A stretch of 64,000 bases of DNA from Candidatus Omnitrophota bacterium (GCA_020058085.1 JAGVER010000014.1:33747-97746); one strand, 5' to 3'. Shown: positions 53,974 through 64,000, counted from the first letter of the stretch. Translations and numbers: made by a program. Notes: generated by a model not told the origin, from the letters alone.

Positions 53974-56406
53974 ATGTATACTCGTAACGAGAAAATAATC
54001 CCGATTTGTATTGAAGAAGAGGTTAAGAATGCTTACTTAAATTATGCGATGAGTGTAATTGTTGGCCGTGCGCTACCGGATGTCAGAGACGGGCTTAAGC
54101 CGGTGCATAGAAGGATTCTCTATGCTATGCAAGATCTGAATCTTGATCACTCTAAACCCTACAAAAAATGCGCCCGTATCGTCGGCGAAACTATGGGTAA
54201 GTACCATCCACATGGGGATGTGGCAATTTATGATACTTTAGTAAGAATGGCGCAGGATTTTTCTCTACGCTATCCTCTTGTCGATGGCCAAGGAAACTTT
54301 GGATCAGTCGATGGGGATGCGGCTGCGGCTATGCGTTATACCGAAGCGCGTCTTGCCGCGATTTCCGATGTGATGCTCGGAGATATTGATAAGGAAACGG
54401 TTAATTTTGGCCCGAATTTCGACGCTTCTTTAAAAGAGCCCTTATTATTACCTGCGGCACTCCCTAATCTTTTGGTTAATGGCTCCAGCGGTATTGCTGT
54501 GGGCATGGCAACTAATATTCCGCCGCATAATCTCAATGAAGTAGCGGATGCGATTATTCATATTTTAGATAATCCCGCAGCGGAAATTAAAGACCTGCTG
54601 CGCTATATCAAGGGCCCGGATTTTCCGACGGGAGGAGTGATTTGTGGCAAGGCCGGGATCAAAGAAGCTTATACTACCGGGCGCGGTAAGCTCACTGTGC
54701 GCGCTAAGGCGACCGTGGAGCATCAGAAGAATGGCAAAGACCTAATTATTATTACTGAAATTCCTTATCAGGTGCAGAAGTCTTCGGTTATTGAAAACAT
54801 CGCTGATTTAGTTGACGATAAAAAGATTGAAGGTATCTCGGATATTCGCGATGAGTCAGATAAAGACGGTATGCGCATTGTCGTGGAATTAAAACGCGAG
54901 ATTGAACCGCAGCTGATCTTAAACCAGATCTTTAAACATACCCAGCTGGAAACCACCTTTGGCATTATAATGTTGGCCTTAGTAGAAAACCGGCCGCGGG
55001 TCTTAAATTTAAAACAAATTTTAGATTGCTATATTGAACATCGTAAGCTTATTGTCCGGCGCAGGACGCAGTTTGAATTGGATAAGGCCTTAAGGCGCGC
55101 GCATATTTTAGAGGGCTTGAAAATTGCGCTTAAATTTATTGACCGTATTATTAAGGTGATTAAAACATCCAAAAGTGTTGATGTCGCTAAGATAAACTTA
55201 ATGAAGGAGTTTGAACTTTCCGAAATTCAATCCCAGGCAATCTTGGAGATGCAGCTGCAGCGTTTAACCGCCCTGGAACGGGATAAACTTGAGGCCGAAT
55301 ATGCCGAGCTTTTAAAGAAAATCGAGTTTTGCCAGGCGATCTTGGCTTCAGAGAAGAGGATCGAAGGCATTATTAAAATGGAATTAGAAGATTTAAAGAA
55401 AAAATACGGCGATGAGCGCAGGACGGATATAGTCGGTGAAGTAGAGGAATTGGAAGTAGAAGATTTTATTGCCGAAGAAGATGTTGTTGTTACTATAAGC
55501 CACGGAGGCTATATTAAGCGCCTGCCGGTTAGCGCGTATCGCAAGCAAAAACGCGGCGGCACAGGCGCGACCGGGGCAGATCTCAAGGACGAAGATTTTA
55601 TTGAACATCTTTTTGTCGCTTCCACCAAAGACTATCTTTTAATTTTTACAGGCAAGGGCCAGGTACATTGGCTTAAGGTTTACGAGATACCACAGGCAAC
55701 CCGAACCTCCAAGGGTAAGGCTATAGTTAATCTAGTGCAGATGGAAGCAGGTTCTAAAATCAGTTCAACTATCCCGGTAAAGGAATTTGTCGGCGATAAG
55801 TATTTGGTGATGGCTACTAAATTAGGCCAAATTAAGAAGACTCGGCTTGACGCTTATGGTAACCCCAGAAAAGGCGGGATTATCGGGATTACTTTAGATA
55901 AAGATGATGAGTTAATCGGGGTAGAGATGACTGATGGTAAGCAGGAGTTGTTAATCGGTACCCGTCAGGGTAAGGCAATAAGATTTTCAGAGGAAAAAGT
56001 GCGCGATATGGGCAGAGGCGCGCGCGGGGTAAGAGGTATCTCTTTAGGTAAGAAAGACGAGGTTATTGATATGGTTATCCCCCAAAAAGGAGCGACCATA
56101 TTGACAGTTACTTCTTTAGGCTTTGCCAAGCGTACTACCGTTGATGAATACCGGTTGACTAGTCGCGGCGGTAAAGGGGTAATTAACATAAAAGTTACAG
56201 ATAAAAATGGTGAGGCAGTAAATTTAAAGACTGTAAATGATAATGATGAGTTGATGGTTATTACGCAGAACGGAATTTTCTTACGCTGCGCTATAAAAGA
56301 TATCCGTGAAACCGGACGTTCTGCCCAAGGTGTTCGCTTAATCAAATTGCAAGATAAGGATCATGTTTCTTGTGTTGCTCCGGTAATTGCTGAGGAAGAA
56401 GAATAG
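53974..56406 (+). CDS. gyrA: DNA gyrase subunit A
   Basis: Active-site region AMRYTEARL and a GyrA-box-bearing C-terminal beta-pinwheel. 810 aa; no intein. Confidence 0.9.
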   Translation: MYTRNEKIIPICIEEEVKNAYLNYAMSVIVGRALPDVRDGLKPVHRRILYAMQDLNLDHSKPYKKCARIVGETMGKYHPHGDVAIYDTLVRMAQDFSLRYPLVDGQGNFGSVDGDAAAAMRYTEARLAAISDVMLGDIDKETVNFGPNFDASLKEPLLLPAALPNLLVNGSSGIAVGMATNIPPHNLNEVADAIIHILDNPAAEIKDLLRYIKGPDFPTGGVICGKAGIKEAYTTGRGKLTVRAKATVEHQKNGKDLIIITEIPYQVQKSSVIENIADLVDDKKIEGISDIRDESDKDGMRIVVELKREIEPQLILNQIFKHTQLETTFGIIMLALVENRPRVLNLKQILDCYIEHRKLIVRRRTQFELDKALRRAHILEGLKIALKFIDRIIKVIKTSKSVDVAKINLMKEFELSEIQSQAILEMQLQRLTALERDKLEAEYAELLKKIEFCQAILASEKRIEGIIKMELEDLKKKYGDERRTDIVGEVEELEVEDFIAEEDVVVTISHGGYIKRLPVSAYRKQKRGGTGATGADLKDEDFIEHLFVASTKDYLLIFTGKGQVHWLKVYEIPQATRTSKGKAIVNLVQMEAGSKISSTIPVKEFVGDKYLVMATKLGQIKKTRLDAYGNPRKGGIIGITLDKDDELIGVEMTDGKQELLIGTRQGKAIRFSEEKVRDMGRGARGVRGISLGKKDEVIDMVIPQKGATILTVTSLGFAKRTTVDEYRLTSRGGKGVINIKVTDKNGEAVNLKTVNDNDELMVITQNGIFLRCAIKDIRETGRSAQGVRLIKLQDKDHVSCVAPVIAEEEE

Positions 56407-56410
56407 GTTT

Positions 56411-56485
56411 GACCCCATCGTCTAGCCTGGTCTAGGACAAGAGCTTTTCAAGCTCTCGACACGGGTTCAAATCCCGTTGGGGTCA
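56411..56485 (+). tRNA. tRNA-Glu(TTC)
   Basis: GACCCCA-TC-GTCTAGCCTGGTCTAGGAC-AGAGC-TTTTCAA-GCTCT...ACGGG-TTCAAAT-CCCGT-TGGGGTC-A. Closely resembles E. coli tRNA-Glu. No CCA is encoded. Confidence 0.75.
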
Positions 56486-56526
56486 TTGATATTTGAAGGC
56501 GTTGTTTCGATTTGCTTGCGCCTAGG

Positions 56527-56590
56527 TCCTTGTTGCCTGCGGCAACAAGGATTTCGCACTAGATAAAAACTTATGGTGCTCAAATTTCGC
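56527..56590 (+). repeat. hairpin-plus-tail repeat, family 3 copy C
   Basis: ccttgttgcc-tgc-ggcaacaagg hairpin followed by ATTTCGCACTAGATAAAAACTTATGGTGCTCAAATTTCGC. It ends 22 nt before the glmS ATG. Confidence 0.75.
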
Positions 56591-56612
56591 AAACAAAATT
56601 TAAGGAACTCAA

Positions 56613-58451
56613 ATGTGCGGAATAATCGGATATATTGGTGAAAGAGAAGCACAGCCTGTGCTTCTCAACGGGCTTAAGCGTCTTGAGTACCGCGGATACG
56701 ATTCAAGCGGTATGGCCGTAATCTTTCCCAAGAAAAACACCATCTCTATAAGGAAGGCTCCCGGTAAAATAAGAGACTTAGAAAAAATACTAAAAGTCAG
56801 GCCACTTTCTGGGAATACCGGTATCGCTCATAGCCGCTGGGCAACTCATGGAGCTCCCACCCAAGCTAATGCCCACCCACATGAAGATTGCAAAGGAGAG
56901 ATAGCTGTGGTTCATAATGGTATTATCGAAAATCACGAGACTTTAAAAGCACAGCTAATTAAAGAAGGCCATAAATTCCGCAGCCAAACAGATACCGAAG
57001 TAATCGTGCATCTTATTGAAAAGTTTTATAAAAAAATCCCGTTGGAGGATGCTGTTGCCTGTGCGCTTAAATTGCTGGTAGGTTCTTTTGCGATTGGAGT
57101 CATTTCTGTAAAAGAGCCTAATAAATTAGTTGGCGCGCGTTCCGGGAGCCCGTTAATTGTCGGGGTAGGTAAGAACGAAAACTTTCTTGCTTCCGATGCC
57201 CCGGCGATATTAGAATTAACCAAGGACATTATTTTTTTAGATGAGGATGAGCTGGTAGTTTTATCAAAAGATAGCCTTAAGATATCGGATTTTGAAGGAA
57301 AAACTATTTTTAAGAAACCGGTACGTATCAATTGGGATATAACGCAGGCGCAAAAAAACGGCTTTAAGCATTTCATGCTTAAGGAGATCAATGAACAACC
57401 CAGGATTTTGGAGAATATATTAAATATAAGGATAGATAAAAAATCCGGGCAGGTTATTTTTAAGGAGCAGAATGTTCCGGAAGAAAAGCTAAAAACTATT
57501 AAAGATATTTTTATTATTGCCTGCGGCACGGCGTATCACGCAGGATTAGTAGGTAAGTATGCTTTAGAATCAATTTGTGTCATTCCCACACATATAGATG
57601 TTTCCAGCGAATTTCGCTATCGGGATCTTTTAATCGGCCCGGAAACCTTAGTTGTTGCGATAAGTCAATCCGGAGAAACCGCGGATACCTTAGCTGGCGT
57701 GCGCGAGGCGCGCAAGCGCGGGGCATCCGTAATCTCAATTTGCAATGTTTTAGGTTCTACCCTGACCCGCGAATCTGACGGGATAATTTATACCTATGCA
57801 GGCCCTGAGATCGGGGTCGCCTCTACTAAGGCTTATACCGCGCAGTTAGCCGTGTTATATTTATTTGCTTTTTATCTTGCTCAAATACGCGGTGCGCTCT
57901 CGGGATTTAAAATTAATAAATATCTCGGCGCATTACGGAAAATACCCAAACAGATGGGGTTGATATTAAAAGAGCAGAATTCTATAGCGAAAGTCAGCCG
58001 CAAGTATTCGCATTTCGGTTCATTTTTATACTTAGGCAGGAATATTAATTATGCTTCGGCCTTGGAAGGTGCGCTAAAACTAAAAGAGATATCTTATATT
58101 CCTGCTGAAGGTTATGCCGCCGGCGAGATGAAACACGGCCCGATCGCCCTGATTGACGAATACCGCGCGGTAGTTTGTATTGCTGTCTCTTCAAAAGTTT
58201 ATGAAAAAATGGTTTCTAATATTCAGGAGATCCGTTCCCGTAAAGGCAAGATTATCGTTATAGCCAGCGAAGGGGATAAGGAGATTAAAGCTTTGGTCCG
58301 GGAGGTTATCTATATTCCCAGGCAGGATGAAACATTTTCTCCTCTTTTAGTTGCCCTGCCTTTGCAATTGCTAGCGTATCATATTGCGGTTAAGCGCGGT
58401 TGTGATGTTGACCAGCCGCGTAATTTAGCCAAGTCAGTTACGGTTGAATAA
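56613..58451 (+). CDS. glmS: glutamine--fructose-6-phosphate aminotransferase
   Basis: MCGIIGYIG N-terminal nucleophile and two SIS domains. 612 aa. Confidence 0.9.
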   Translation: MCGIIGYIGEREAQPVLLNGLKRLEYRGYDSSGMAVIFPKKNTISIRKAPGKIRDLEKILKVRPLSGNTGIAHSRWATHGAPTQANAHPHEDCKGEIAVVHNGIIENHETLKAQLIKEGHKFRSQTDTEVIVHLIEKFYKKIPLEDAVACALKLLVGSFAIGVISVKEPNKLVGARSGSPLIVGVGKNENFLASDAPAILELTKDIIFLDEDELVVLSKDSLKISDFEGKTIFKKPVRINWDITQAQKNGFKHFMLKEINEQPRILENILNIRIDKKSGQVIFKEQNVPEEKLKTIKDIFIIACGTAYHAGLVGKYALESICVIPTHIDVSSEFRYRDLLIGPETLVVAISQSGETADTLAGVREARKRGASVISICNVLGSTLTRESDGIIYTYAGPEIGVASTKAYTAQLAVLYLFAFYLAQIRGALSGFKINKYLGALRKIPKQMGLILKEQNSIAKVSRKYSHFGSFLYLGRNINYASALEGALKLKEISYIPAEGYAAGEMKHGPIALIDEYRAVVCIAVSSKVYEKMVSNIQEIRSRKGKIIVIASEGDKEIKALVREVIYIPRQDETFSPLLVALPLQLLAYHIAVKRGCDVDQPRNLAKSVTVE

Positions 58452-59104
58452 TGCTATACATAGTTGCCACTCCAATAGGCAATCTTAAGGATATAACCTT
58501 TCGGGCTATAGAAGTTTTAAAATCCGTAGATTTGATTGCCTGCGAGGATACGCGCCACACCAAGATCCTCCTTAACCATTATGATATTCATAAACCAACG
58601 ACAAGTTTTTTCCAGCAGAATAGGTTTACCAAAGGCGAGTATATCCTGGGATTGTTAAAAGAAGGCAAAAATATCGCCCTTGTCTCTGATGCCGGTACCC
58701 CCGGCATACTTGATCCGGGTTATAATTTAATTAATTTAGCCATAAAAAATAATATCGCAATAACGGTAATTCCGGGAGCTACTGCTTTTGTGAATGCTTT
58801 AGTGCTTTCAGGAAAACCTGCGCATGAATTTATTTTTGTTGGATTTCTGCCTAACCGTTCCGGTGCGCGGAAAAATCAGCTCAAAGAGCTGATTCAACAA
58901 AAGCGCACGATCATCCTTTATGAATCCTGCCACCGCATTCTCGCTACCCTAGAGGACATCGATACGGTATTTGGCGATAGGGAGATAGTGGTAACCAGGG
59001 AACTAACCAAGAAATTTGAAGAAATAAAACGGGATAAGGCTAGTCGACTTATAGAGTATTTTGAAAAAGTAAGCCCGCGTGGCGAGTTCGTTTTGGTTAT
59101 TTAA
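58451..59104 (+). CDS. rsmI: 16S rRNA (cytidine1402-2'-O)-methyltransferase RsmI-like (short form)
   Basis: LYIVATPIGNLKDITFRAIEVLKSVDLIACEDTRHT, the tetrapyrrole-methylase fold typical of RsmI. 217 aa. Confidence 0.65.
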   Translation: MLYIVATPIGNLKDITFRAIEVLKSVDLIACEDTRHTKILLNHYDIHKPTTSFFQQNRFTKGEYILGLLKEGKNIALVSDAGTPGILDPGYNLINLAIKNNIAITVIPGATAFVNALVLSGKPAHEFIFVGFLPNRSGARKNQLKELIQQKRTIILYESCHRILATLEDIDTVFGDREIVVTRELTKKFEEIKRDKASRLIEYFEKVSPRGEFVLVI

Positions 59105-59149
59105 TTTTGTAGGAAAGAGTTCTCATCCTTGACCTCACTAGCGATCAGG

Positions 59150-59210
59150 CCCTTGTTGCTACGGCAACAAGGATTTCGCTGGACAAAGGCTTATTGTGCT
59201 CAAATTTCGT
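59150..59210 (+). repeat. hairpin-plus-tail repeat, family 3 copy D
   Basis: ccttgttgc-tac-ggcaacaagg hairpin followed by ATTTCGCTGGACAAAGGCTTATTGTGCTCAAATTTCGTC. It ends 1 nt before the pyrR -35 element. Confidence 0.75.
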
Positions 59211-59211
59211 C

Positions 59212-59239
59212 TTGACAATTACGACAATAATGGTATACT
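59212..59239 (+). promoter_or_regulatory. sigma70-type promoter for the pyrR operon (TTGACA-N16-TGgTATACT)
   Basis: -35 TTGACA at 59212..59217 and extended -10 TGg+TATACT at 59231..59239. Confidence 0.5.
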
Positions 59240-59254
59240 TATTCAAATATATAA

Positions 59255-59357
59255 AGGACCTTTAAGCCCAGCTCTGTGAAGTTGGCAAGGTAAGTATAAT
59301 GAAAGAGAGAATGATAAAAATATCACCCTTGGCAAGAAATGCCAGGGGTATTTTTTT
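59255..59357 (+). promoter_or_regulatory. pyr leader: candidate PyrR-binding loop plus intrinsic terminator/attenuator
   Basis: cctttaagcccagctctgtgaagttggcaagg resembles PyrR-box leader sequence. The hairpin cccttggca-agaaa-tgccagggg at 59326..59348 is followed by a U-run at 59350..59357, just 5' of pyrR. The upstream ttggcaagg could form an alternative antiterminator pairing. Confidence 0.45.
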
Positions 59358-59375
59358 GCCTGGTTGGGAGAGAAG

Positions 59376-59921
59376 ATGAAAGAAAAAGTTAAGATTTTAG
59401 ATAAAGAGGCGGTTGCGCGGGCAATTACACGTATTGCTCACGAAATTCTTGAGAAAAATAAGAGCACAAAAGACCTCTGTCTTATAGGTATAAGAAATCG
59501 CGGGGTATATCTTGCAGAGCGTCTCGCAGATCGCATCAAAAATATTGAAGGCTCTGGCGTTTTAACCGGAGCCCTTGATATAACTTTATACCGTGATGAT
59601 TTAGCTCTTGTTTCAGGTCAACCTTTAGTGCGTAAAACCGAAATAGATTTTGATATCAATGGAAAGAATCTTGTTTTAGTGGACGATGTTTTATATACGG
59701 GGAGAACGATAAGGGCTGCACTCGATGCTTTGATTGATTTTGGCAGGCCGAGATCGATCCAATTAGCAGTTTTAGTGGATCGTGGGCATAGGGAATTGCC
59801 GATTCGTGCAGATTATGCCGGAAAAAATATTCCGACTTCCAAGGATGAATCCGTAGAAGTAAGGTTGGAGGAGACAGAGGGCGTAGACGAAGTGGTAATT
59901 ATCGGTAAAGAACTAAAATGA
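59376..59921 (+). CDS. pyrR: pyrimidine operon regulator / uracil phosphoribosyltransferase PyrR
   Basis: [24 protein letters not shown]... plus the PRPP-binding [12 protein letters not shown]. The start was moved from the ORF-track TTG (59364) to the ATG at 59376, which follows GGGAGAGAAG. Confidence 0.8.
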   Translation: MKEKVKILDKEAVARAITRIAHEILEKNKSTKDLCLIGIRNRGVYLAERLADRIKNIEGSGVLTGALDITLYRDDLALVSGQPLVRKTEIDFDINGKNLVLVDDVLYTGRTIRAALDALIDFGRPRSIQLAVLVDRGHRELPIRADYAGKNIPTSKDESVEVRLEETEGVDEVVIIGKELK

Positions 59922-60880
59922 CCTGGATAAGAAAAGATTTACTGGGATTGGAAGAACTAAATAGGGAAGAATTGGAGTTAATTCTCTCTACTGCTGAATC
60001 ATTCAAAGAAGTATCCAGCCGGGAAATAAAAAAAGTTCCTGCGTTGCGTGGTAAGACCGTGGTAAATTTATTTTATGAACCTTCTACGCGCACGCGTGTA
60101 TCCTTTGAAGTGGCCGCTAAAAGGCTTTCTGCTGATGTAATTAATATCGCTACTGAAACCTCCAGTGTTAAAAAAGGAGAGACGCTGATTGATACCGGTA
60201 AAAATATCGAAGCCCTAAAAGCAGATATTATTGTTATGCGTCATAACGCTTCAGGGGCTGCGGCGATGCTTGCCCGTAACTTAAATATTAGTGTGGTTAA
60301 TGCTGGAGATGGTTGGCATGAGCATCCTACGCAGGCACTTTTGGATATATTTACTTTAAAAGAGAAATTAGGCAGAATTGAAGGTTTAAATGTAAGTATT
60401 GTCGGTGACATTGCGCATTCACGGGTAGCGCGTTCAAATATCTGGGGTCTGCTTAAATTAGGTGCTAAAGTAACTCTCTGCGCGCCTAAAATACTCATTC
60501 CTGCGGCAATAGAAGATATGGGCGTAGCCGTAACTAATGATATAGAAGAAGCCTTAGCGAAGGCAGACGCAGTAAATGTTTTGCGTATGCAGTTCGAGCG
60601 AGACGGAGAAACGGCCTTTCCTAGACAGTTGGAATACTTTAAGCAATTTGGCATTACCGCGGAGAGGCTAAAAAAGGCGAAGAAGAATATTATAGTTATG
60701 CATCCTGGGCCGGTTAACCGCGGGATTGAGATATCAAGTGAGGTTGCCGACGGCGCCAATTCGGTGATTTTAGAACAAGTGACTAATGGTATTGCTGTGC
60801 GCATGGCGGTATTATTTTTAGTGGCACAGGCTCAAGACAAATTAGCCAATATTACGAAAGATGAACCCAGCCTTTCCTAA
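59918..60880 (+). CDS. pyrB: aspartate carbamoyltransferase catalytic subunit
   Basis: STRTR and HPTQ motifs. 320 aa. Confidence 0.85.
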   Translation: MTWIRKDLLGLEELNREELELILSTAESFKEVSSREIKKVPALRGKTVVNLFYEPSTRTRVSFEVAAKRLSADVINIATETSSVKKGETLIDTGKNIEALKADIIVMRHNASGAAAMLARNLNISVVNAGDGWHEHPTQALLDIFTLKEKLGRIEGLNVSIVGDIAHSRVARSNIWGLLKLGAKVTLCAPKILIPAAIEDMGVAVTNDIEEALAKADAVNVLRMQFERDGETAFPRQLEYFKQFGITAERLKKAKKNIIVMHPGPVNRGIEISSEVADGANSVILEQVTNGIAVRMAVLFLVAQAQDKLANITKDEPSLS

Positions 60881-60882
60881 GG

Positions 60883-62190
60883 GTGGGTATAGGGTATGAA
60901 AGGAAGAGCTGGGTGAAAATACTGATTAAAAATGGGCATGTTATAGACCCGATAAATAATTTAGACGAGGTTAGGGATATTTTAGTTGAGGGTTCTAAGA
61001 TATCTATGGTCGAAAAAAATATTAATGTAGATGCAGATAAAATAATTGAGGCAGAGGGGAAAATTGTCATGCCCGGTTGTGTTGATATGCATGTGCATTT
61101 AAGGGAACCGGGTAGAGAAGATAAAGAGACTATCTGCAGCGCAACTAAAGCCGCGCTACATGGCGGAGTTACTACTCTTTTGGCGATGCCTAATACTGAC
61201 CCGGCAATTGATTCCCTAGAGAATATCAAACTTTTAAAAGATGCGATAGCTAAAAGCGCCAAGGCAAATGTTTTCATTTGCGCAGCTATTACTAAATTCC
61301 GCCAAGGCAAGGAATTGGTTGATGTCGCTGGGCTTAAGCAGGATGGGGCGGTGGCCATCTCTGACGACGGAGCATCGGTAGATTCAGATGAATTAATGTT
61401 AGAGGCCTTACGATCTGCTCAAGAGGCAAAAATTCCGGTTATCTGCCACTCTGAAGATAAGAAATTATCAGATTCAGGGGTAGTAAACTTAGGTTTCACC
61501 TCTACCCGCTTGGGCTTAAAAGGGATATCTAAGGAATCGGAATACAAAAGAGTTGCCCGGGATATCGGATTGGCGGAAAAAACGGGCGCGGCTATACATA
61601 TCGCGCACATAAGCTGTAAAGAGTCGTTAGATATAATCGCCCGCGCCAAGAAAAAAGGAGTTAAGGTAACTTGTGAAACTGCGCCGCACTATTTTACATT
61701 TAATGAAGAGATGGTTCTGGGGTTTGATACAAACTTTAAGATGAATCCTCCTTTGCGTAGCAAGGAAGATGTTGCAGCAATAAAAGAGGGTTTAGCGAAC
61801 GGGATAATTGATGTTATTGCTTCGGATCACGCCCCGCATACGGAGAATGAAAAAGAGATAGAGTTTGAGCGAGCGGAATTCGGAGTAACCGGTTTAGAAA
61901 CAGAGTTAGCGGTTGCGATCACAGAGTTAATCGGAGCTGGTATTTTAAGTTGGAGTAAGCTTATAGAGAAAATGGCAATTAACCCCAGTCGTATCTTAGG
62001 CATAGATAAAGGTGGCTTGGGTATAGGTAAAGACGCGGATATAGCTATAGTTTCTCCGGAAAAAGAATGGATAGCCAAGAAGGAGAATTTTTTATCAAAG
62101 TCCAAGAACTCAAGTTTTATCAACAAGACCCTAAGGGGCTTTGTTGAATATACAATTTGTCAGGGCAAGGTTAATAAATGGAATTCATAG
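60883..62190 (+). CDS. pyrC: dihydroorotase
   Basis: DMHVHLREPG metal-binding motif and the amidohydrolase fold. 435 aa. Confidence 0.8.
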   Translation: MGIGYERKSWVKILIKNGHVIDPINNLDEVRDILVEGSKISMVEKNINVDADKIIEAEGKIVMPGCVDMHVHLREPGREDKETICSATKAALHGGVTTLLAMPNTDPAIDSLENIKLLKDAIAKSAKANVFICAAITKFRQGKELVDVAGLKQDGAVAISDDGASVDSDELMLEALRSAQEAKIPVICHSEDKKLSDSGVVNLGFTSTRLGLKGISKESEYKRVARDIGLAEKTGAAIHIAHISCKESLDIIARAKKKGVKVTCETAPHYFTFNEEMVLGFDTNFKMNPPLRSKEDVAAIKEGLANGIIDVIASDHAPHTENEKEIEFERAEFGVTGLETELAVAITELIGAGILSWSKLIEKMAINPSRILGIDKGGLGIGKDADIAIVSPEKEWIAKKENFLSKSKNSSFINKTLRGFVEYTICQGKVNKWNS

Positions 62191-64000
62191 CTGATTTTCA
62201 TATTCATTCTAAATACTCCCGAGCCACCAGTCGTAATATGGATGTAAAAAACTTAAGCGAGTGGGCTAAGCTTAAGGGTATCACTTTGATGGGCACCGGA
62301 GATTTTACGCATCATTTATGGCTCGAGGAATTGAAAAATAACTTAGAGGATTGCGCCAACGGTTTATATAAATACAACGGCATTAATTTTATTTTGACTG
62401 CGGAGGTAAGCAGTATTTACTCCAAAGGAGGCAAGACCTATAGGATCCATAATCTTATTTTCGCCCCTTCTTTCAAAATTGTAGATCAGATTAATGATAA
62501 GCTTGGCCGTATTGGTAATCTAGCTTCGGACGGTAGGCCGATCCTGGGATTGGATGCTGCAGAGTTGGCGCGCATTGTTTTTGATATTGACGCAAACTGT
62601 ATGATTGTTCCGGCACATTGTCTTTTGCCGGGGACATTTGTACATACGTTAAGGGGAATGAAAACTATAGAGAGTATTTCTAAGAAGGACCACGTTTATA
62701 CTCATAAAATGCGTTTTAAAAAAGTAACTGAGTTATTGCGAAGAGAGTATCGGGGAGATATGCTACATATTAAACCATATTATTTCAGAATGGGAATTAA
62801 GGCAACTCCCGAACACCCATTTTTTATAATCAAGACCCATAAAAATTGTGCTTCTAGAGGCAGTTTTTGCATGTCAAATTGCTCCCATTTGAAAAATAAA
62901 GGCTGTAAACGCAGGTACTTTAATCAATATTATCCAGAGTGGGTCCGGGCAAAAGATATCGCAGTCGGTGATGTAATGGTTTTTCCAAGGTTCAATGATA
63001 AAATCAGAGATAAAGCCGATATAAAAATTAGCGAACTAATACCGGGGAAATTGGTTTTCAATAAAGAAAAAATAGCATATAAAGGAAACAGGGTCAGTTT
63101 TGTAAAGGACAAAATTAAGGTAGGAGCGGAGTTCTGCAGGTTGGCAGGGTATTTTATTTCTGAGGGTTACACCAATAGCAGGGATTGTATTGCTTTTTGT
63201 TTTCTCAAGGATGAAGCTGCCTATATAAACGATACAATATGTTTAATGAATAAAATATTTGGCATTAAATTATCGAAGATACAATCCAAGAAAAATGTAG
63301 ATGGAGTAGAGTTGATATTTTATTCTAAGGTTTTATACAAACTATTTACTAAGCTTTTTTATACTAATAAGATAATTAAGAAGGCGCATTCTAAATCCTT
63401 GCCGAATTGGATGCTAGGATTGCCTATCGCAAAACAGGTAGAAATTATAAAAGGATGGTGGCGTGGAGATAAGGGTTATACCGTGTCGGAAACTTTGATG
63501 AATCAAATTAAGGTTTTATTTTTGAGATTAGGCGCAATTCCGTCTATCGGAGTTGATTCTATAGAAAAGCACAAAATTCGCGGCAAACATTTCATAGGGG
63601 TAAGAGAAATTTTAGCCAAGCATGATATTTTTCAATTTAATAATCTTTCATTTTTTGAAGACAAATTTAATCTGCTTAAAGAAGAAGAATTTAAGAAATT
63701 TAGAACGAAATCAATAAGCAAGCACGGTTGGATGGATGAAAATTATGTGTATTTACCAGTAAGGAATATAGAAAAGGAAAAATATAAAGGTAAAGTTTAT
63801 AATTTAGAAGTAACGGGTGATAATTCTTATGTTTGCGATTTTGCAGTGGTTCATAACTGCTGGACTCCGTGGTTCTCGCTCTTTGGTTCGATGTCCGGGT
63901 TTGACAGGATTGAGGATTGTTTTGAGGAACAGACGCCAAATATTTTCGCCTTGGAGACCGGACTTTCCTCAGATCCCGCAATGAACTGGCGCATAAGCGC
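62178..64000 (+). CDS. endonuclease-Q-like PHP-domain protein (TIGR00375 family), intein-containing, 3'-truncated by window edge
   Basis: Frame-3 ORF from the ATG at 62178. N terminus is MEFIADFHIHSKYSRATSRNMD...GTGDFTHHLW (PHP), with C-extein ...WTPWFSLFGSMSGFD...ETGLSSDPAMNWR. A 413-aa intein interrupts it. Absent from the ORF track because no stop occurs before position 64000. Confidence 0.55.
   Translation, partial: MEFIADFHIHSKYSRATSRNMDVKNLSEWAKLKGITLMGTGDFTHHLWLEELKNNLEDCANGLYKYNGINFILTAEVSSIYSKGGKTYRIHNLIFAPSFKIVDQINDKLGRIGNLASDGRPILGLDAAELARIVFDIDANCMIVPAHCLLPGTFVHTLRGMKTIESISKKDHVYTHKMRFKKVTELLRREYRGDMLHIKPYYFRMGIKATPEHPFFIIKTHKNCASRGSFCMSNCSHLKNKGCKRRYFNQYYPEWVRAKDIAVGDVMVFPRFNDKIRDKADIKISELIPGKLVFNKEKIAYKGNRVSFVKDKIKVGAEFCRLAGYFISEGYTNSRDCIAFCFLKDEAAYINDTICLMNKIFGIKLSKIQSKKNVDGVELIFYSKVLYKLFTKLFYTNKIIKKAHSKSLPNWMLGLPIAKQVEIIKGWWRGDKGYTVSETLMNQIKVLFLRLGAIPSIGVDSIEKHKIRGKHFIGVREILAKHDIFQFNNLSFFEDKFNLLKEEEFKKFRTKSISKHGWMDENYVYLPVRNIEKEKYKGKVYNLEVTGDNSYVCDFAVVHNCWTPWFSLFGSMSGFDRIEDCFEEQTPNIFALETGLSSDPAMNWRIS
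62619..63857 (+). mobile_element. intein with a LAGLIDADG homing-endonuclease domain in the PHP-domain gene
   Basis: Starts CLLPGTFVHTLRGMKTIESI (block A) with TPEH (block B). LAGLIDADG-like LAGYFISEGYT. Ends VYNLEVTGDNSYVCDFAVVHN, followed by Cys+1 (CWTPWF). Confidence 0.75.

Noticed and set aside
56486-56612. glmS ribozyme upstream of glmS.
   Set aside because: The 127-nt leader is too short for the roughly 170-nt ribozyme core, and it is largely occupied by a repeat also found upstream of dnaA and pyrR.

Overview
This 64-kb window is a chromosomal replication-origin region from a low-GC, probably diderm bacterium; it has an OprB-like porin, LolCDE-like ABC genes and YidC, next to RNase Y/YmdB. 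Every gene left of about 46.15 kb is on the minus strand and every gene right of 46.6 kb is on the plus strand. Consensus DnaA boxes and a strong promoter sit in the rpmH-dnaA spacer, so the classic oriC locus is here.

Left (minus-strand) arm, running away from the origin:
- yidD-yidC-jag(N-terminal domain only), with no rnpA between rpmH and yidD
- parAB, ndk, yicC, gmk, rpoZ, coaC
- a tRNA-Cys / tRNA-Leu / tRNA-Val cluster that contains a free-standing LAGLIDADG endonuclease gene
- a CpaF-like ATPase, then thrS-infC-rpmI-rplT
- two trkA genes and trkH, pheST, a LolCDE-like ABC pair, an alpha/beta hydrolase, rarA
- an EF-G homologue with a roughly 340-aa membrane-anchor, coiled-coil and proline-rich N-terminal extension
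- a UvrD/PcrA helicase, an MTHFR-C-like protein, iscU, 5-formyl-THF cyclo-ligase, rny-ymdB
- a secreted glycoside-hydrolase-like protein, xseAB, dxs
- a four-subunit 2-oxoacid:ferredoxin oxidoreductase (porDABG), gltX, tRNA-Gln
- a HEAT-repeat protein, an HD-GYP protein and a porin

Right (plus-strand) arm: dnaA, dnaN, a DUF721 protein (no recF), an intein-containing gyrB, a membrane protein, gyrA, tRNA-Glu, glmS, rsmI, a pyrR-pyrB-pyrC operon with a PyrR-type attenuator, and an intein-containing endonuclease-Q-like PHP protein that runs off the window end.

Most worth a second look:
- The membrane-tethered EF-G paralogue.
- Three homing-endonuclease-type elements in 64 kb: an HNH intein in gyrB, a LAGLIDADG intein in the PHP protein, and a free LAGLIDADG gene in the tRNA cluster.
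- Two families of short structured intergenic repeats. One is a hairpin with compensatory stem changes plus a conserved 30-nt tail, found upstream of dnaA, glmS and pyrR and beside parA. The other is a hairpin leader immediately 5' of the ribosome-binding sites of xseB, rny, rplT and parB.
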